Source: Octopus vulgaris (Eukaryota). From it: a DNA stretch of 64,000 nt. A program made the position numbers and the translations under genes. Positions 51,652 to 63,964 of the stretch are shown piece by piece. The notes beneath the pieces are model-generated. The model did no database searches, was not told where the DNA came from, and saw only the letters and a list, made by a program, of their open reading frames with translations. Each line of letters starts with the position of its first letter. Position 1 is the first letter of the stretch. Location: positions 32,736,001 to 32,800,000 of the forward strand of contig OX597815.1 in assembly GCA_951406725.2 (NCBI GenBank), in the 5' to 3' direction.

Positions 51652-51948
51652 TCTTTATATATAAAAGTGAAGTTGTGTGTCTGTCTCCTACGATTTAGAT
51701 TCCTAACTACTCCCACATTTTGCAGTGCAGTGTAACCAAAAGCGGGTATCTTATAGTAGTGATTCATATCGAGCCCTTCTGGGTATTAGCGCGCATCTAT
51801 GATGAGTCTATGATTTAAAAAAAAATTTACCATAATTTTTTCCCCATTTTTAATGCATTTTTTTTTGCTATTATATAAGGAAAGTAACTCTCTAAAAATG
51901 CTTATATAGTTATTTCCCTTACAAACCTGAGCCGGGCGATACTGCTAG
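51652..51948 (+). mobile_element. Non-autonomous Helitron
   Basis: A|TCTTTATATATAAAAG ... CCTGAGCCGGG hairpin remnant ... CTAG|T. Confidence 0.85.
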
Positions 51949-51965
51949 TATATATATATATATAT

Positions 51966-52443
51966 AAAATCAAAATAAGCAACAGGATATCAAGTAGTGA
52001 TGCAATACAACTGTTTCAAGTGGCTCCATTTAATTGAACAATGCAATCATTACATCAATTTAAATACAGTGCCATCATCAACTGCATTCCAAACAGACAC
52101 AGTCTTAGATTTAGTAGTTGATAAAGAGACAAATGAATTAGAAATGGACCACAATCCTTTACAAGCTATGACCCCTGTGGGCTTCATGCCATTCCTGGAA
52201 GTGTAGTTTATTCTTAGCTATAATGGTATCAACATAAATTTCTTCCGTCTTCTTGCTCTGTTAAAGTATTTGAAAAAAATTATATTAATGTGTCCAACTG
52301 GTTAAAATTCTATTTATTTGTGCTGCTGATGATGGCATGGCATTGCATTTAAATTGATGTAATGATTGCACTGTTCAATTAAATGGAGTCACTTGAAACA
52401 ATTTTACTGCATAGCTACTTGATACCCTGTTGCTTATTTTGAT
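51966..52443. mobile_element. Fold-back element with a hammerhead in each arm
   Basis: 51966-52087 is inverted as 52320-52443; TA-rich on both sides. Confidence 0.8.
52320..52412 (+). ncRNA. Hammerhead motif with long stem II
   Basis: GUGCUG-CUGAUGA-[about 60 nt hairpin]-GAAA-CAAUUU-U-A-CUGCAU; mirror copy at 52000-52087 (-). Confidence 0.55.
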
Positions 52444-52506
52444 ATTTTGATGTATATATATATTCAAGTCTGTGTGTATCATAGGTTGAAGATGGGAAGG
52501 ATGGTT

Positions 52507-52636
52507 TCCCTTTGCAAATACTGATAGGGCACAGGAAGTGTGTCAATAGCCAGCTGGAGGAGGTGTCCTCCTGGGGCTACAAGCTACAGTAGCATCCACT
52601 CTTAGGGATTAGCCATATTTAAATGGCAAATATACT

Positions 52637-52641
<5 letters not shown>
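52507..52641. repeat. Multi-hairpin dispersed element, copy 2
   Basis: Homologous to 14963-15098. Confidence 0.85.
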
Positions 52642-52702
<61 letters not shown>

Positions 52703-52808
52703 GTGAAGTGCAGGCATGGCTGTATGGTAAGAAGCCTGCTTCCCAATTACATATTTCCAGGTCCAGTCCCACTGCTTGGCACCCTGGGCAAGTGTCTTCT
52801 ACTATAGC

Positions 52809-52994
52809 GAGAATTTATGGAAAAAACAAAAGGCGAAGACAGGTGGTGTACAAAACAATCAGATGTATTAGTATAACGCTCAGGAATAGAAAAAGTCTTT
52901 TACGTTTCGAGCCTATGCTCTTCTACAGTAAGGAACACAGAAAAAAACAAGGAGAGAAAAAATGTGTGTAGTGGCTAACAATCTATCATGGCGA
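52809..52994 (-). mobile_element. HHR-bearing short retroelement inserted in a family A SINE (52708-53060)
   Basis: 10-bp TSD CTACTATAGC at 52799-52808 and 52995-53004; HHR-like motif at 52897-52932. Confidence 0.75.
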
Positions 52995-53129
52995 CTACTA
53001 TAGCCCTAGATCAGCCGAAGCCTTGTGAGTAAATCTGAAACAAGTAAAAGATAAAAGATAGCAGATGCGTACACACACACACACACACACACATACATAT
53101 CCTAAATTGATAGCCTAAAGAACCATAAT

Positions 53130-54228
53130 TTCCATATTAGACATATAATCTTTCCCATCTTTACCAGTTATCAGCCAAATTGAATCCTAACTGATCTTGT
53201 TTGGTATTTGAGTTTGACTACATCATCATATCATGCTTCAATTGGCAGATAATCTGTTAGTGTCTGTCAATTCTCCAGTCATCATCGGGTGTTGGCTTCC
53301 CTGTGAGTGGCTCTTCTGTCCTTTGACAGAATTTATTTTTAATCTTGCTGGACTGAGTGGTTTCTGTGTTTGTCTGCTCCCCATCATATACACTTGCTTC
53401 ACATAACATAATTCATAACTGCTATTGGGCTGCATCTCTCCAAAACTTTTCTATATAAAGCTTAACTGTATGTCATTGTTGTATTCAGATTGTGGCAGGC
53501 AAATTGTTTATTGTAGTACAGTATTTCAGGTGTTGTCAGCATGTGGAATCTGGATGGAGGAAGATGTCATTCTTCACTCTCTAGTAGAACTGAGGTTAGG
53601 GAAACTTCTGGTATTGGATATTCATTATAAAGCAAGATGTTGATGTGGAAAGCATTGAAGGTTATGTAGTTTTTTAGGAACCTATCTCTGGAAAGGTCAG
53701 TACAAATGTTTGAATGATATGGAGTGCTTTACTCTGCACTGCATACCATCCAAATGTTAGGAGAGCTAGGATCTCAACTCACAGGTGGTGATTTTGTACT
53801 TAAAAAACATGTTGTCAGTGCAGAACTTTAGAAGGGAGCCAAGGTATGCAGAGAGGAAGTCTGCTCATCTGCTGGTGAACATGGAGTATATATCCAGGCT
53901 GAAGGCTAGTTCTTGTCCAGTAGTGTTCTTAAGGGATGTTTTTGGAGATTTGGAGAAATTCTGTTGGTTGCCAATTGCTCTTGGTCTGTAGCCATGAGAG
54001 GAATCACTCCATTCTCTGGAATGACTGACAGTATTTTTAACCCACACTTTATTTTGTGAATCTTCATTAGTCTGTAAAACTGTGACATGGAGGATTTATA
54101 TACCAAGACACTTCTGCATGTGTGCATGTTAAGTTGTATGATCCCAGAAATGCTGTTCCTAAGGTCATTGCACTGACCCAAGCACTAATGGAATAAACAT
54201 TAAAACTTATTCCAGTAACATGGTTTCT
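53130..54228 (-). pseudogene. Degenerate CR1-like LINE remnant
   Basis: Frameshifted traces such as ADFLSAY; weak. Confidence 0.35.
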
Positions 54229-54239
54229 AGTTAACAGTT

Positions 54240-54624
54240 GGAGGCGCAATGGCCCAGTGGTTAGGACAGCGGACTCTCGGTCATAAGATCGCGGTTTCGA
54301 TTCCCAGACCGGGCGTTGTGAGTGTTTATTGAGCGAAAACACCTAAAGCTCCATGAGGCTCCGACAGGGGATGGTGGTGATCCCTGCTGTACTCTTTCAC
54401 CACAACTTTCTCTCACTCTTACTTCCTGTTTCTGTTGTACCTGTATTTCAAAGGGCCAGCCTTGTCACTCTCTGTGTCACGCTGAATATCCCCGAGAACT
54501 ATGTTAAGGGTACATGTGTCTGTGGAGTGCTCAGCCACTTGCACGTTAATTTCACGAGCAGGCTGTTCCGTTGATTCGGATCAACCAGAACCCTCGTCAT
54601 CGTAACCGACGGAGTGCTTCCACA
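54240..54624 (+). mobile_element. tRNA-headed SINE (family B), young
   Basis: Intact A/B boxes; 11-bp TSD AGTTAACAGTT at 54229-54239 and 54625-54635. Confidence 0.9.
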
Positions 54625-54872
54625 AGTTAACAGTTATTTGCCATGTTATTTTGTCACTTTACTGTTTACTATTTATTGTTATGTACTCATCCATGCCCCA
54701 CTCGTATACCCATCCATTTACTTGTTATTAGTCTGTCTGTAAACTTGTCACTTAAATTACACATAACTCCACTGATTTACTATTCACAGTATAACCAAGT
54801 TGCATAAGGTGGACCAACATGTGTTTATACACACACATACATACATATACATACACATTCATGCACACACAC

Positions 54873-54925
<53 letters not shown>

Positions 54926-55218
54926 CACACATTTACATGCACACTCACACAACACACTAGTATATGTGTGTGTGTGTATGCATGTATGTATATATGTTTG
55001 TATTGAAACCCTGCAATAGCACCATTGTTTTCCATCTCACGGCCTAGTTCAGAGGCAGATATATTGACTATGAAGAAAGTTGTGAAGCTTGAAACATTGA
55101 TACATTAGAGTTTACAATTACATTCAAACAAAAATAAATATACTCTGATTCAAGTGTGAATATAAACATTAACACGTAAACCAGCAACAAATCTCTTATC
55201 TGATATACACTATTCTAG

Positions 55219-55251
<33 letters not shown>

Positions 55252-55258
55252 GTTTAAG

Positions 55259-56186
55259 TTGGTGAATACTGTCATAAGCTTTGCCTTCAGTTCATCTTGG
55301 GCGCTACAAGGAGTTTTGTTGGTCTCTTCTCAACTGTGCCCCACACATAATAATCAAGCTGTTGCAGTCTGGAGACTTAGGTGGCCAGATGTTAGGGGTG
55401 ATGTGGTCACAGAAATTGTCTGACAGCCATGACTGGGTTCTCCCTCTTGACCCAGAGCAGCACTACCTCCTCCAGGCACTTGATGTAGGCCTCTGTGTTG
55501 AGTCTGAGGTTGTGTGGGAAGATGAACGGAGGCATAATGTTGCCATCACTAGTGATCACTCCAAACACCATCATGTTGGCTGGATGTTAATCTGAGGACA
55601 TGTACCAAGAGTGATAAAAATCAATCATCCTGTCAACATCATGGAGTTTGGAGTGATCACTAGTGATGGCAACATTACACCCCAATTCATCTTTCCACAT
55701 GGCCTCAGACTCAATTTAGAGGCCTACATCAAGTGCCTGGAGAAGGTAGTACTGCTCTGGGTCAAGAGGGTGGCTGCTGGAAGACCCTATGTCTAGTAAC
55801 AGGACTCTGCACCATGCCACACAAGCAGGAGAACCCAGACAATTTCTGTGACCACATCACCCCTAACATCTGGCCACCTAACTCTTCAGATTGCAACCCC
55901 CTTGATTATTATGTGTGAGGCACGGTTGAATGAGAGACCAACAAAATGCCTTGTAATACCAAAGATGAACTGAAGGCAAGAGTTATGGCAGTATTCACCA
56001 AGGAGACTGTCCAGAAGTGTTGGAGGAGATTCCGAAGTCGTCTGGAGGCTGTGGTTGAAGCCAATAGTGATTTTATTGAATAAATTTACTCTTTAGTATT
56101 TCAAGATATTTTTATGCAATTTTGGTAAATATATCTGTTAAAATGTTTTTGCGTAATTTAGATGATGGCTTATTCACCGCACCCAG
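55259..56186. mobile_element. maT/DD37D-like Tc1/mariner 3' half arranged as a fold-back
   Basis: Plus arm: FGVITSDG, QDSAPCHTS, IWPPNSSDCNPLDYYV; minus arm 55259-55587 is its inverted copy; ends CACCCAG-TA. Confidence 0.85.
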
Positions 56187-56846
56187 TATATTTGTGTGTG
56201 TGTGTGTATATAATATATATATCTATATTTTTGTTTATACTTTTAAATGTGTGTGTGTATATGAATGTGTGAGTGTGAGTGCCTGCTTGTGTGTATGACT
56301 ATTTATTTGTAAGTATTTATATAATTTTGTGTAGAGCTCTAATCCTCTCTGCAGCTATGTTATATATGATGAAGATATATAACAGCTCATATCAGCTCAC
56401 TGTCTATAGTTACATTCAGAATCTCAATTTGCTTTCTCATAGGTTGCTTTCAATTGAGTTCAAGGCTTGATGGACATCTTATGATAAAATCATTGCTTCA
56501 CACTTTGATTACTCAAATTCTCCAAGCATCTGTGCAGCTGTGTTACATATGATGGAAATTAGTTCTCCTCATAATAGTTAACAGTCTATGATTACACCAA
56601 GAATCTTGAGACTTTTTTTTTTTTTTTTTTTTGTAAAAGTAGCTACAATTTCAAATTGCAGTCCAAGATTTGATAGACTACTTTTCCGAAACACATTTAC
56701 TTAGTCATGATTAAAATGTTACTTTCCTGTCATCTTCCATGGATTCCATTCTGGTTTTATATCTATTTAAGCTCACTACTGCACTGTTACTTTCACATGG
56801 CGACTCATTGTTGCAAACAACTTTGAGTCATCAATGCAAATATACA

Positions 56847-57065
56847 TATTTCTTTACTACCCACAAGGGGACAAACAAGGACAGACAAACAGATTAAGTC
56901 GATTACATCGACCCCAGTGCTTAACTGGTACTTAATTAATCGACCCTGAAAGGATGAAAGGCAAAGTCGACCTTGGCGGAATTTGAACTCAGAACGTAAC
57001 GGCAGACGAAAATACGGCTACGCATTTCACCCGGCGTGCTAACGATTCTGCCATCTCGCCGCCTT
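56847..57065 (-). mobile_element. SINE family D, young
   Basis: 17-bp TSD ATCAATGCAAATATACA at 56830-56846 and 57066-57082. Confidence 0.9.
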
Positions 57066-57531
57066 ATCAATGCAAATATACAACTAATATTGAGAGAGTG
57101 TTGGAAACTGTGGATAGAAGTGGGTGAAATATTTTACTTTGTGAGTTCAATGCAGTGAAAGAGTGAAAGGGTAAAGTTAATAAATCACCATTTAATGTTG
57201 CTTTGCAACCACCTTATCAATTTCTTACATACTTCTTTGAATTTCTGTTTGATAGAGAATCTATTGTATCAGATTGTCTGAAAAGTTACTCTGATGTCCA
57301 AGACTGAGGATGCATACTTCCTAACATGTATTCAAGTAATTGGTTCGATGTTGGGGGGTGAAAAGACAGTGAAGAGGCTTTGCTTCATTATAGTTCGATC
57401 TGAAGCTAAGTTGCATTCTAGAATGTCTTGTACTTATTGTTACAGTGATTCTGCTTGAAGTATGTTAAGAATTTATGTATGTCTATATGTATATATCAGT
57501 GTGTGTGTATGTGTGCATGCATGCATGCACA

Positions 57532-57570
<39 letters not shown>

Positions 57571-57781
57571 GGGAGAGAGAGAGAGAATAAGTAAGAGCTA
57601 GATATGCTCAGTATAGAAAACATGCAGTAGTACTCAAATGAATATTTACTTAAACCCCAAATTCTTCATCCAGAAGTAAGGTCCGTGGCATCAAGAATGG
57701 CTATAAGAGAAATCCAAGACAAGTTGATATGGAGGTAGTAATGCAGATAAAGACAATTAGGCTAAATACTATATACATACA

Positions 57782-57828
<47 letters not shown>

Positions 57829-58107
57829 ATATGTGACAAGCCTAATTGTGTTTTTCTGCATCATTACCTCTCTCTACTCTCTCTCTCTTTCAATATATAT
57901 TTGCATACACATCTTTTGATATTCATATCTCAAAAAAAGGCATAAGTATCGCACACACACGCATGCATGCACACATGCATATATATATATATATATACAT
58001 ATTATGTGTGCGTGTGTGTGTATATATATCTATATATACACACATACATATACTAGGTGCATATGTATATATATATATACACACATATATATACTAGGTA
58101 CACGTGC

Positions 58108-58154
<47 letters not shown>

Positions 58155-58167
58155 TATGTTTATATTA

Positions 58168-58360
58168 CTGTGCCGGTGGCACATAAAAAGCACCCACTAC
58201 ACTCACAGAGTGGTTGGCATTAGGAAGGGCATCCAGCTGTAGAAACACTGCCAGATCAGACTGGAGCCTGGTGCAGCTTCCTGGCTTTCCAAACCCCAGT
58301 CGAACCGTCCAACCCATGCTAGCATGGAAAACGGACGTTAAACGATGATGATGATGATGA

Positions 58361-58363
<3 letters not shown>
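58168..58363 (+). mobile_element. RTE-tail short element
   Basis: Ends CCCATGCTAGCATGGAAAACGGACGTTAAACG(ATG)n. Confidence 0.85.
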
Positions 58364-58398
<35 letters not shown>

Positions 58399-58401
<3 letters not shown>

Positions 58402-58647
58402 GGAATAAACACATAAATGTGAAACAAGGTGGAAAAAAGAGTACTCAAATACCAGTGGTAGAGTAATATGCTTTATTCAAAGTAGCAGAAAATTCAACAA
58501 AACCTGTTACTCTGAGTTTCCCGTTGCCATTCGTCAGACAGTTTTTCTAGGCATATCGGTTCCATTCTAGCAAAAACTGTCCGACGAATGGTAACGGGAA
58601 ACTCAGAGTAACAGGTTTTGTTGAATTTTCTGCTGCTTTGAATAAAG

Positions 58648-58650
<3 letters not shown>
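58399..58650. mobile_element. Fold-back element with a hammerhead in each arm, in (TA)n
   Basis: 58468-58550 is inverted as 58567-58650. Confidence 0.85.
58504..58541 (-). ncRNA. Type-I hammerhead motif
   Basis: CUGU-CUGACGA-AUG(gcaa)CGG-GAAA-CUCAGAG-U-A-ACAG; mirror copy 58577-58614 (+) has CCGACGA. Confidence 0.7.
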
Positions 58651-58689
<39 letters not shown>

Positions 58690-58899
58690 ATATTCTAGCT
58701 TTAACTTACTTTAAGTTTCTCTTTGTTATATTTGTATGACTCACTTGCAGTTCATTTGAAATAATAAACTTCAATATTTGCAGACTTTCACACTCTATTC
58801 TTCAAGATGTGAAATCTTTTTATATGTAACTGCTTTCATAACTAGGCAAAGGCTATTTGTGTAGATTTTACATGGGAATTTGAAATTTGATCATTAGAT

Positions 58900-59211
58900 T
58901 TATATGTCATGAGTCATTTTTTGTTTGTTTGTGAGGTGCGCATGTTTGTTTATTTTCACACTGTGTTGTGTTAAGATTAAGGTTTCCATCATTAATCTGC
59001 TATTTTTGTGATTAATTTTATAGAGTAAAATTGTGTTGTCCACCAATGTTTTCCTTTCCAACTTTGTTTTATGTAGTGTGGTATATTGTTCTTTGTAAAT
59101 ACATAGTGAATCTACAAGAGAATGTTGTACTTGTATGACCAACGTAACAATTGAAATCATGAAGTTTACAACTTTTGCTTTTGCTCTTTTGTTGTAAATA
59201 TCTTTTGACAT
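58900..59211 (-). pseudogene. Penelope-like GIY-YIG endonuclease C-terminal relic
   Basis: KTLVDNTILLYKINHKNSRLMMETLILTQHSVKIN resembles the T.IL...RL..EAL.I...P.IN tail of PLE GIY-YIG domains. Confidence 0.6.
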
Positions 59212-60256
59212 AACAAATGCATATCATAAACAGGGCACAGTATAATAGTATTCCTGTTCGATTGTCTGCTCATATGTAGTTTAGCAGCTCAGGGTAGCCC
59301 TGTAAGCCGGTGGTATGAATGGTTAAGTAGTGGAATAGCTACTGTGGCAACCAATGGTGGGGACCGGAGTTGAAGGAGGATTAATAGAAGCAGTGGTTTG
59401 GAGGTAGGAGGTGTGTGGAATACAAAGGGAAAGGTAGATGAGATTAAGAAGCTCAATTTGCTTGTTAACCATTTTATATTAATGTTAAAGGGATTTTGAA
59501 TCATCTTGTATAATTCATGTCTGTATACACATATGTATATCTGTTTATTTTGTTTGTGTGTGTGTGTGTACATATATGTATGTATGATCGATTGATGCAG
59601 GTATGGGTGTATTTATGTATGTATTATAGGTGCAGGCATATGTGGTAAGAAGTTTGCTTCCTAACCACATGGTTCCAGGTTCAATCCCACAGCGTGGCAC
59701 CTTGGGTATCTTCATATGTAGTTCTGGGTTGACCAAAGCCCTGTGAGTGGATTTAGTAGACCGAAACTGAAAGAAGTTAATCATATATGTGTGTACATAT
59801 GTGTGTGAGTGTACGTATGATTGTCTTCTTGTCTTGACACTGCATGCTTGTTGTAAGTGAGTGTCACTCTCATACAAGTATTGTCATTCATTTCTAATAA
59901 TCTGTAGGAATACGTCTGGTCTTGAGGAAATATAACTTTGCTTGGAAATACATGAGGGCATCTCGCCATGGAAAATTTGCCTCCTTCCAACCCATGCAAG
60001 CATGGGAAAATGAATGTTAAATGGTGATGATGTATGTATATGAGTAACTAGTTGCAGTCATGGCTATGTGGTTAAGAAGTTCGCTATGGCACAGGCATGG
60101 CTGTGTGGTAAGAAGCTTGCTTTCCAACTGTTTTGTTCCAGGTTTAGTCCCACTGCGTAGCACCTTGGGCAGGTGTCTTCTACTATAGCCTCAAGACCTC
60201 AGAATGACCAAAGACTTGTTAGTGGATTTGGTAGATGGAAACTGAAAGAAGCTTGT

Positions 60257-60286
<30 letters not shown>

Positions 60287-60290
<4 letters not shown>

Positions 60291-60588
60291 GGAGATGTAC
60301 TTGCATAGCAAGTGACCTAATCTGAGATCATGTGCTGAAACAAAGACAATTGCAGCGTGGAAGGTGTCAGTGCTGCATCTCAGATGCAGCACAAAGTTTT
60401 ATCAGTGAACAGGTCATGGTCTCAAAGCGATGAAAATATTTTGACAAATTAAATTTAAATGTTGAAGTGAGTCTAACGGTTTTGTGTGTTTCTTAAATGG
60501 CTTATAAACACCTTCCACGTTGCAATTGTTTTCGTTCCAGCACATGATCTCAGATCAAGTCACTTGCTATGCAAGTACATCTCCGTAA
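60287..60588. mobile_element. Fold-back element of the HHR(G3-C8) family in (TA)n
   Basis: TTATGGAGATGTACTTGC ... GCAAGTACATCTCCGTAA; central palindrome GTGCTGCATCT-C-AGATGCAGCAC (60370-60392); decayed HHR at 60398-60448 (+). Confidence 0.85.
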
Positions 60589-60815
60589 TATATATATATA
60601 TATTATAAAATTTTTCTGCAGGTGATAGAACAGACTAAAGAGAAGAACTCAGAATATATGTATTGGTTTTGTATAAATGTTTAAAACATTTAGGTATTTG
60701 CCTTAGAAGAATTTTAACACAGTTTTAAAATAGAGGATTGCTATTTTATTTAGACAAAAAACATGAATCTGATATGCCTTCGGTTAGAAAATACTGTCTC
60801 CTCTCTCTCTTTCCT

Positions 60816-60865
<50 letters not shown>

Positions 60866-61379
60866 TACACATATAGTATTCATGTAGTTCCCAACTTAAA
60901 TAATTGATTGAGTTCTTGTGGAATACACATTCCCTGTAGAATACAACTATTCTTAATTTGCAATATTTATCACCCGAGCTATCTCTCAGCACAATTACTA
61001 TTACTGCTATAGTTATTTCTTTTGACCTTATCACATTAATTTGATATGAATATAGATGTAGTTGATTGGACCAACCAATCATCTATATCTGCAGGGTATG
61101 AATCCACGTATTGTATTCTTGACTGCTCTTTCCCCCCTTTAATCTCAGGCCTTGTTTGCATGCAAGAAATAATGGTATCAACGATTATTTAGGCACAAGG
61201 CCTGCAATTTTGTGGGGTGGGGTTTGGTCAAAACCATTGATCCCTGTACTTGACTAGTATTTTATTTTATCATTGTTAGAGGGATGATAGGCAAAGCTAA
61301 CCTTGAAAGGATTTGATCTTGGAATATAAAAAACCAGAACAATTACTAGAAGGTATTTTGTCCAACTCTTTACCATTCC

Positions 61380-61873
61380 AGTACTTTTTGGTTATCTCAC
61401 CCCCATTAAAAAATTTAATTATCTCCCCCATTTTACGAGAAATATCAGTACTTTTGGTTATCTCCTTCAACCAAATAAATTGTTTAACCCTAAATAAAAC
61501 ATAAAACAAAAAATGAAAAAATTAATAAACATAAAAAGTGAAAAGATGAAACATCGTTTGAAATCTGATAATATTTTTATGACAAATCATACAAAACTGA
61601 AAAAAATTACACATGAAAACAGAAAAAATTAATAGATATGGAAACTGAAAAAAATTAAACATCTTATTGGATCTAATAACATTTTTATAACAAATCATAC
61701 CATGCCTATTGAGGAGGCCAAATGTCAACAATGTGTTGAAGTATTGAATCAAAAGGATCTAACTCTTTTAATCCAATCTCTTGTTGCCACATTAACTCAA
61801 TTTTTTTAGTGGGGAGATAACCCAATTTTTTAATGGCAATTTTTTAATGGGGGTGAGATAACCAAAAAGTACC
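61380..61873. mobile_element. Merlin-like MITE
   Basis: TIR (G)GTACTTTTTGGTTATCTCACCCCCATTAAAAAATT fits GGNRM; 8-bp TSD ACCATTCC/ACCAATCC; sits inside a family D SINE. Confidence 0.75.
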
Positions 61874-62149
61874 ACCAATCCACCATTCTACAACAATAAC
61901 AAAATGGTGGATTGGTAGGGTTGGTGGTACTTTTTGGTTATCTCACCCCCATTAAAAAACAATTATAGTAATTGCCATTAAAATTGTCATTAAGAAAATT
62001 GCCATTAAAACTTGCCATTAAAAACCAACTATGGTAAAAATAATTGTTTCTAATTTAAGCAAAAGGTCATCAATTTTGAGGAGAGGCATCCATCAATCCC
62101 AGTACTTGATGAGTAAAAAAGACATTTGACATTCACTTATTTGAACAAT

Positions 62150-62750
62150 ATTAAGTAATGGAGTTTTGTGAAATCACTGTTTTTGTGTGTAGGACAGATT
62201 TGACTATTGGCTGAGTCTGTCGTAAAAGTTATTCCACAGCCTTCCTTTGGTAGAAGCAACAGATAGTTTTCCTCTCTTTGGTGGATATGGTAAAAGTGAT
62301 AATGTAGTGGATGTGATTCCGAGGTTTGAAGACAAGACATTTTCCTCATTTGGCAGGCGTTCATTAACTATTACCACACCTTTCCCTTAGAGAGAAAGGT
62401 GAAGGTACAGAATGAGGTCTGTCCCTCAGTAGTAAATTTGTTGAAAGGTGTTGCAACATGAGAATTGCAAACATGGCATGAGTGAATGGACCTACTCTCA
62501 GCATGCACTTGTAAGCCAGAGAATGATGGCTGAGAGGGAGTTCATATCCTTGGTTGTCAGGGTAAATTAAAGATTTGTGGAGTTCCTTGATTGGCCTAAG
62601 ATGGTTATTCTGGTCTCTTTTAAAATTTTGCACACTACCTATGCTTTTACAATTTTTTTTTTTCTCATTCAGTTTCAATGTAAATTTTTACAACACTTTC
62701 TCAGCCTATTTTGTCCAAGCCCCACATTTATTTTCCCAAAACATCTGTCC
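62150..62750 (-). pseudogene. Degenerate CR1-like LINE endonuclease region
   Basis: VGPFTH...STNLLLRDRPH resembles the APE FTH...LDL.LT motif; weak. Confidence 0.35.
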
Positions 62751-62781
62751 TAGCTTAAACAGATAAAATTAGTATATAATA

Positions 62782-62818
<37 letters not shown>

Positions 62819-62821
<3 letters not shown>

Positions 62822-63038
62822 TCATCATCATTTAGCGTCCGCTTTCCATGCTGGCATGGGTTGGACGGTTCAACTGGGGTCTGGGAAGCCAGAAGGCTGC
62901 ACCAGGCCCAGTCTGATCTGGCAATGTCTCTACGGCTGGATGCCCTTCCTAACGCCAACCACTCCATGAGTGTAGTGGGTGCTTTTTACATGCCACTGGA
63001 ACAGGTGCCAGATAAGGCTGGCAAACGGCCACGATCGG
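62819..63038 (-). mobile_element. RTE-tail short element
   Basis: Reverse-complement homologue of 58168-58363. Confidence 0.85.
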
Positions 63039-63249
63039 ATATACAGAAGTTCTAATTGGAATTTTAGTTTTAGCTTTATGCCCCAGTTACTTATGTCCCA
63101 TTCTGAAGTAACCCACACCCCACTGGTGGGGCCACAGGTGCCACAGGTGAGATGGGTGTTAATAGTACCTTTCATTTCCTGTAACCTGTTCATGTATTGA
63201 CCCCTTCATGTGGCAAATAAAAGAAAACATTGCTGCTGCTGCTGTTGTT

Positions 63250-63700
63250 AGGCTGTGAATTGGTAGAGTGTTTGACAAAATGCCTTCTGTTATGTCCTCT
63301 TTATGTTTGAAGTTCAAATCTTACCAAGATCAACTTTGCCTTTCATTCCTCCAGGGTTGATACAATTAGGTATTAATAAAGTACATGTGTCAATGTACTC
63401 AGTTAATCCCTTCCCTCAAAATGTGCTTGCCTTGTGCCTATGTTAAGAATAACTATTATTAATAATGGTTGTTCTTGTAGGAGGTAGACTGACAGAGTTT
63501 GTAGAGTGTTGGACAAAATACCTTCTGGTATTTGTTCTGGCTCTCTTGGTTCAAATCATGCCAAGGTCAACTTTGTTTTTTTTTAAAATCTTTTTGGCGG
63601 TCAATAAAATAACATATTAGTTCAATACTGAGATTTGATTTAATCAACTAACTCTCTCGCTTTACATTTGCTAGATTTGTGCTGAAATTAGAAACCATTA
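63250..63700 (+). mobile_element. Two decayed family D SINEs
   Basis: GTTCAAATC...CAAGNTCAACTTTG motif occurs twice. Confidence 0.6.
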
Positions 63701-63914
63701 TTATTTCTTTTTTTTTATATTATCTTTTGATTTTTATCTCTGTGTTGTGTGTTTGTGTTTAAATTTCCATATTAGATGTTTATGATAAATCTCAAGTTCT
63801 GGCACCATTCCCAGAAATATACACATTCATGTATATATCTTCTTTATCTGACGATTATTTGTTCGTGTGTGTGCTAGAGGGAAAAGGTTGTGAGTGTATG
63901 TAGTTTGGTGGTGG

Positions 63915-63964
<50 letters not shown>

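Noticed and set aside
60750-61082. ORF with faint GIY-YIG-tail resemblance (DKYCKLR)
   Set aside because: Too degenerate to call by eye; needs an HMM search
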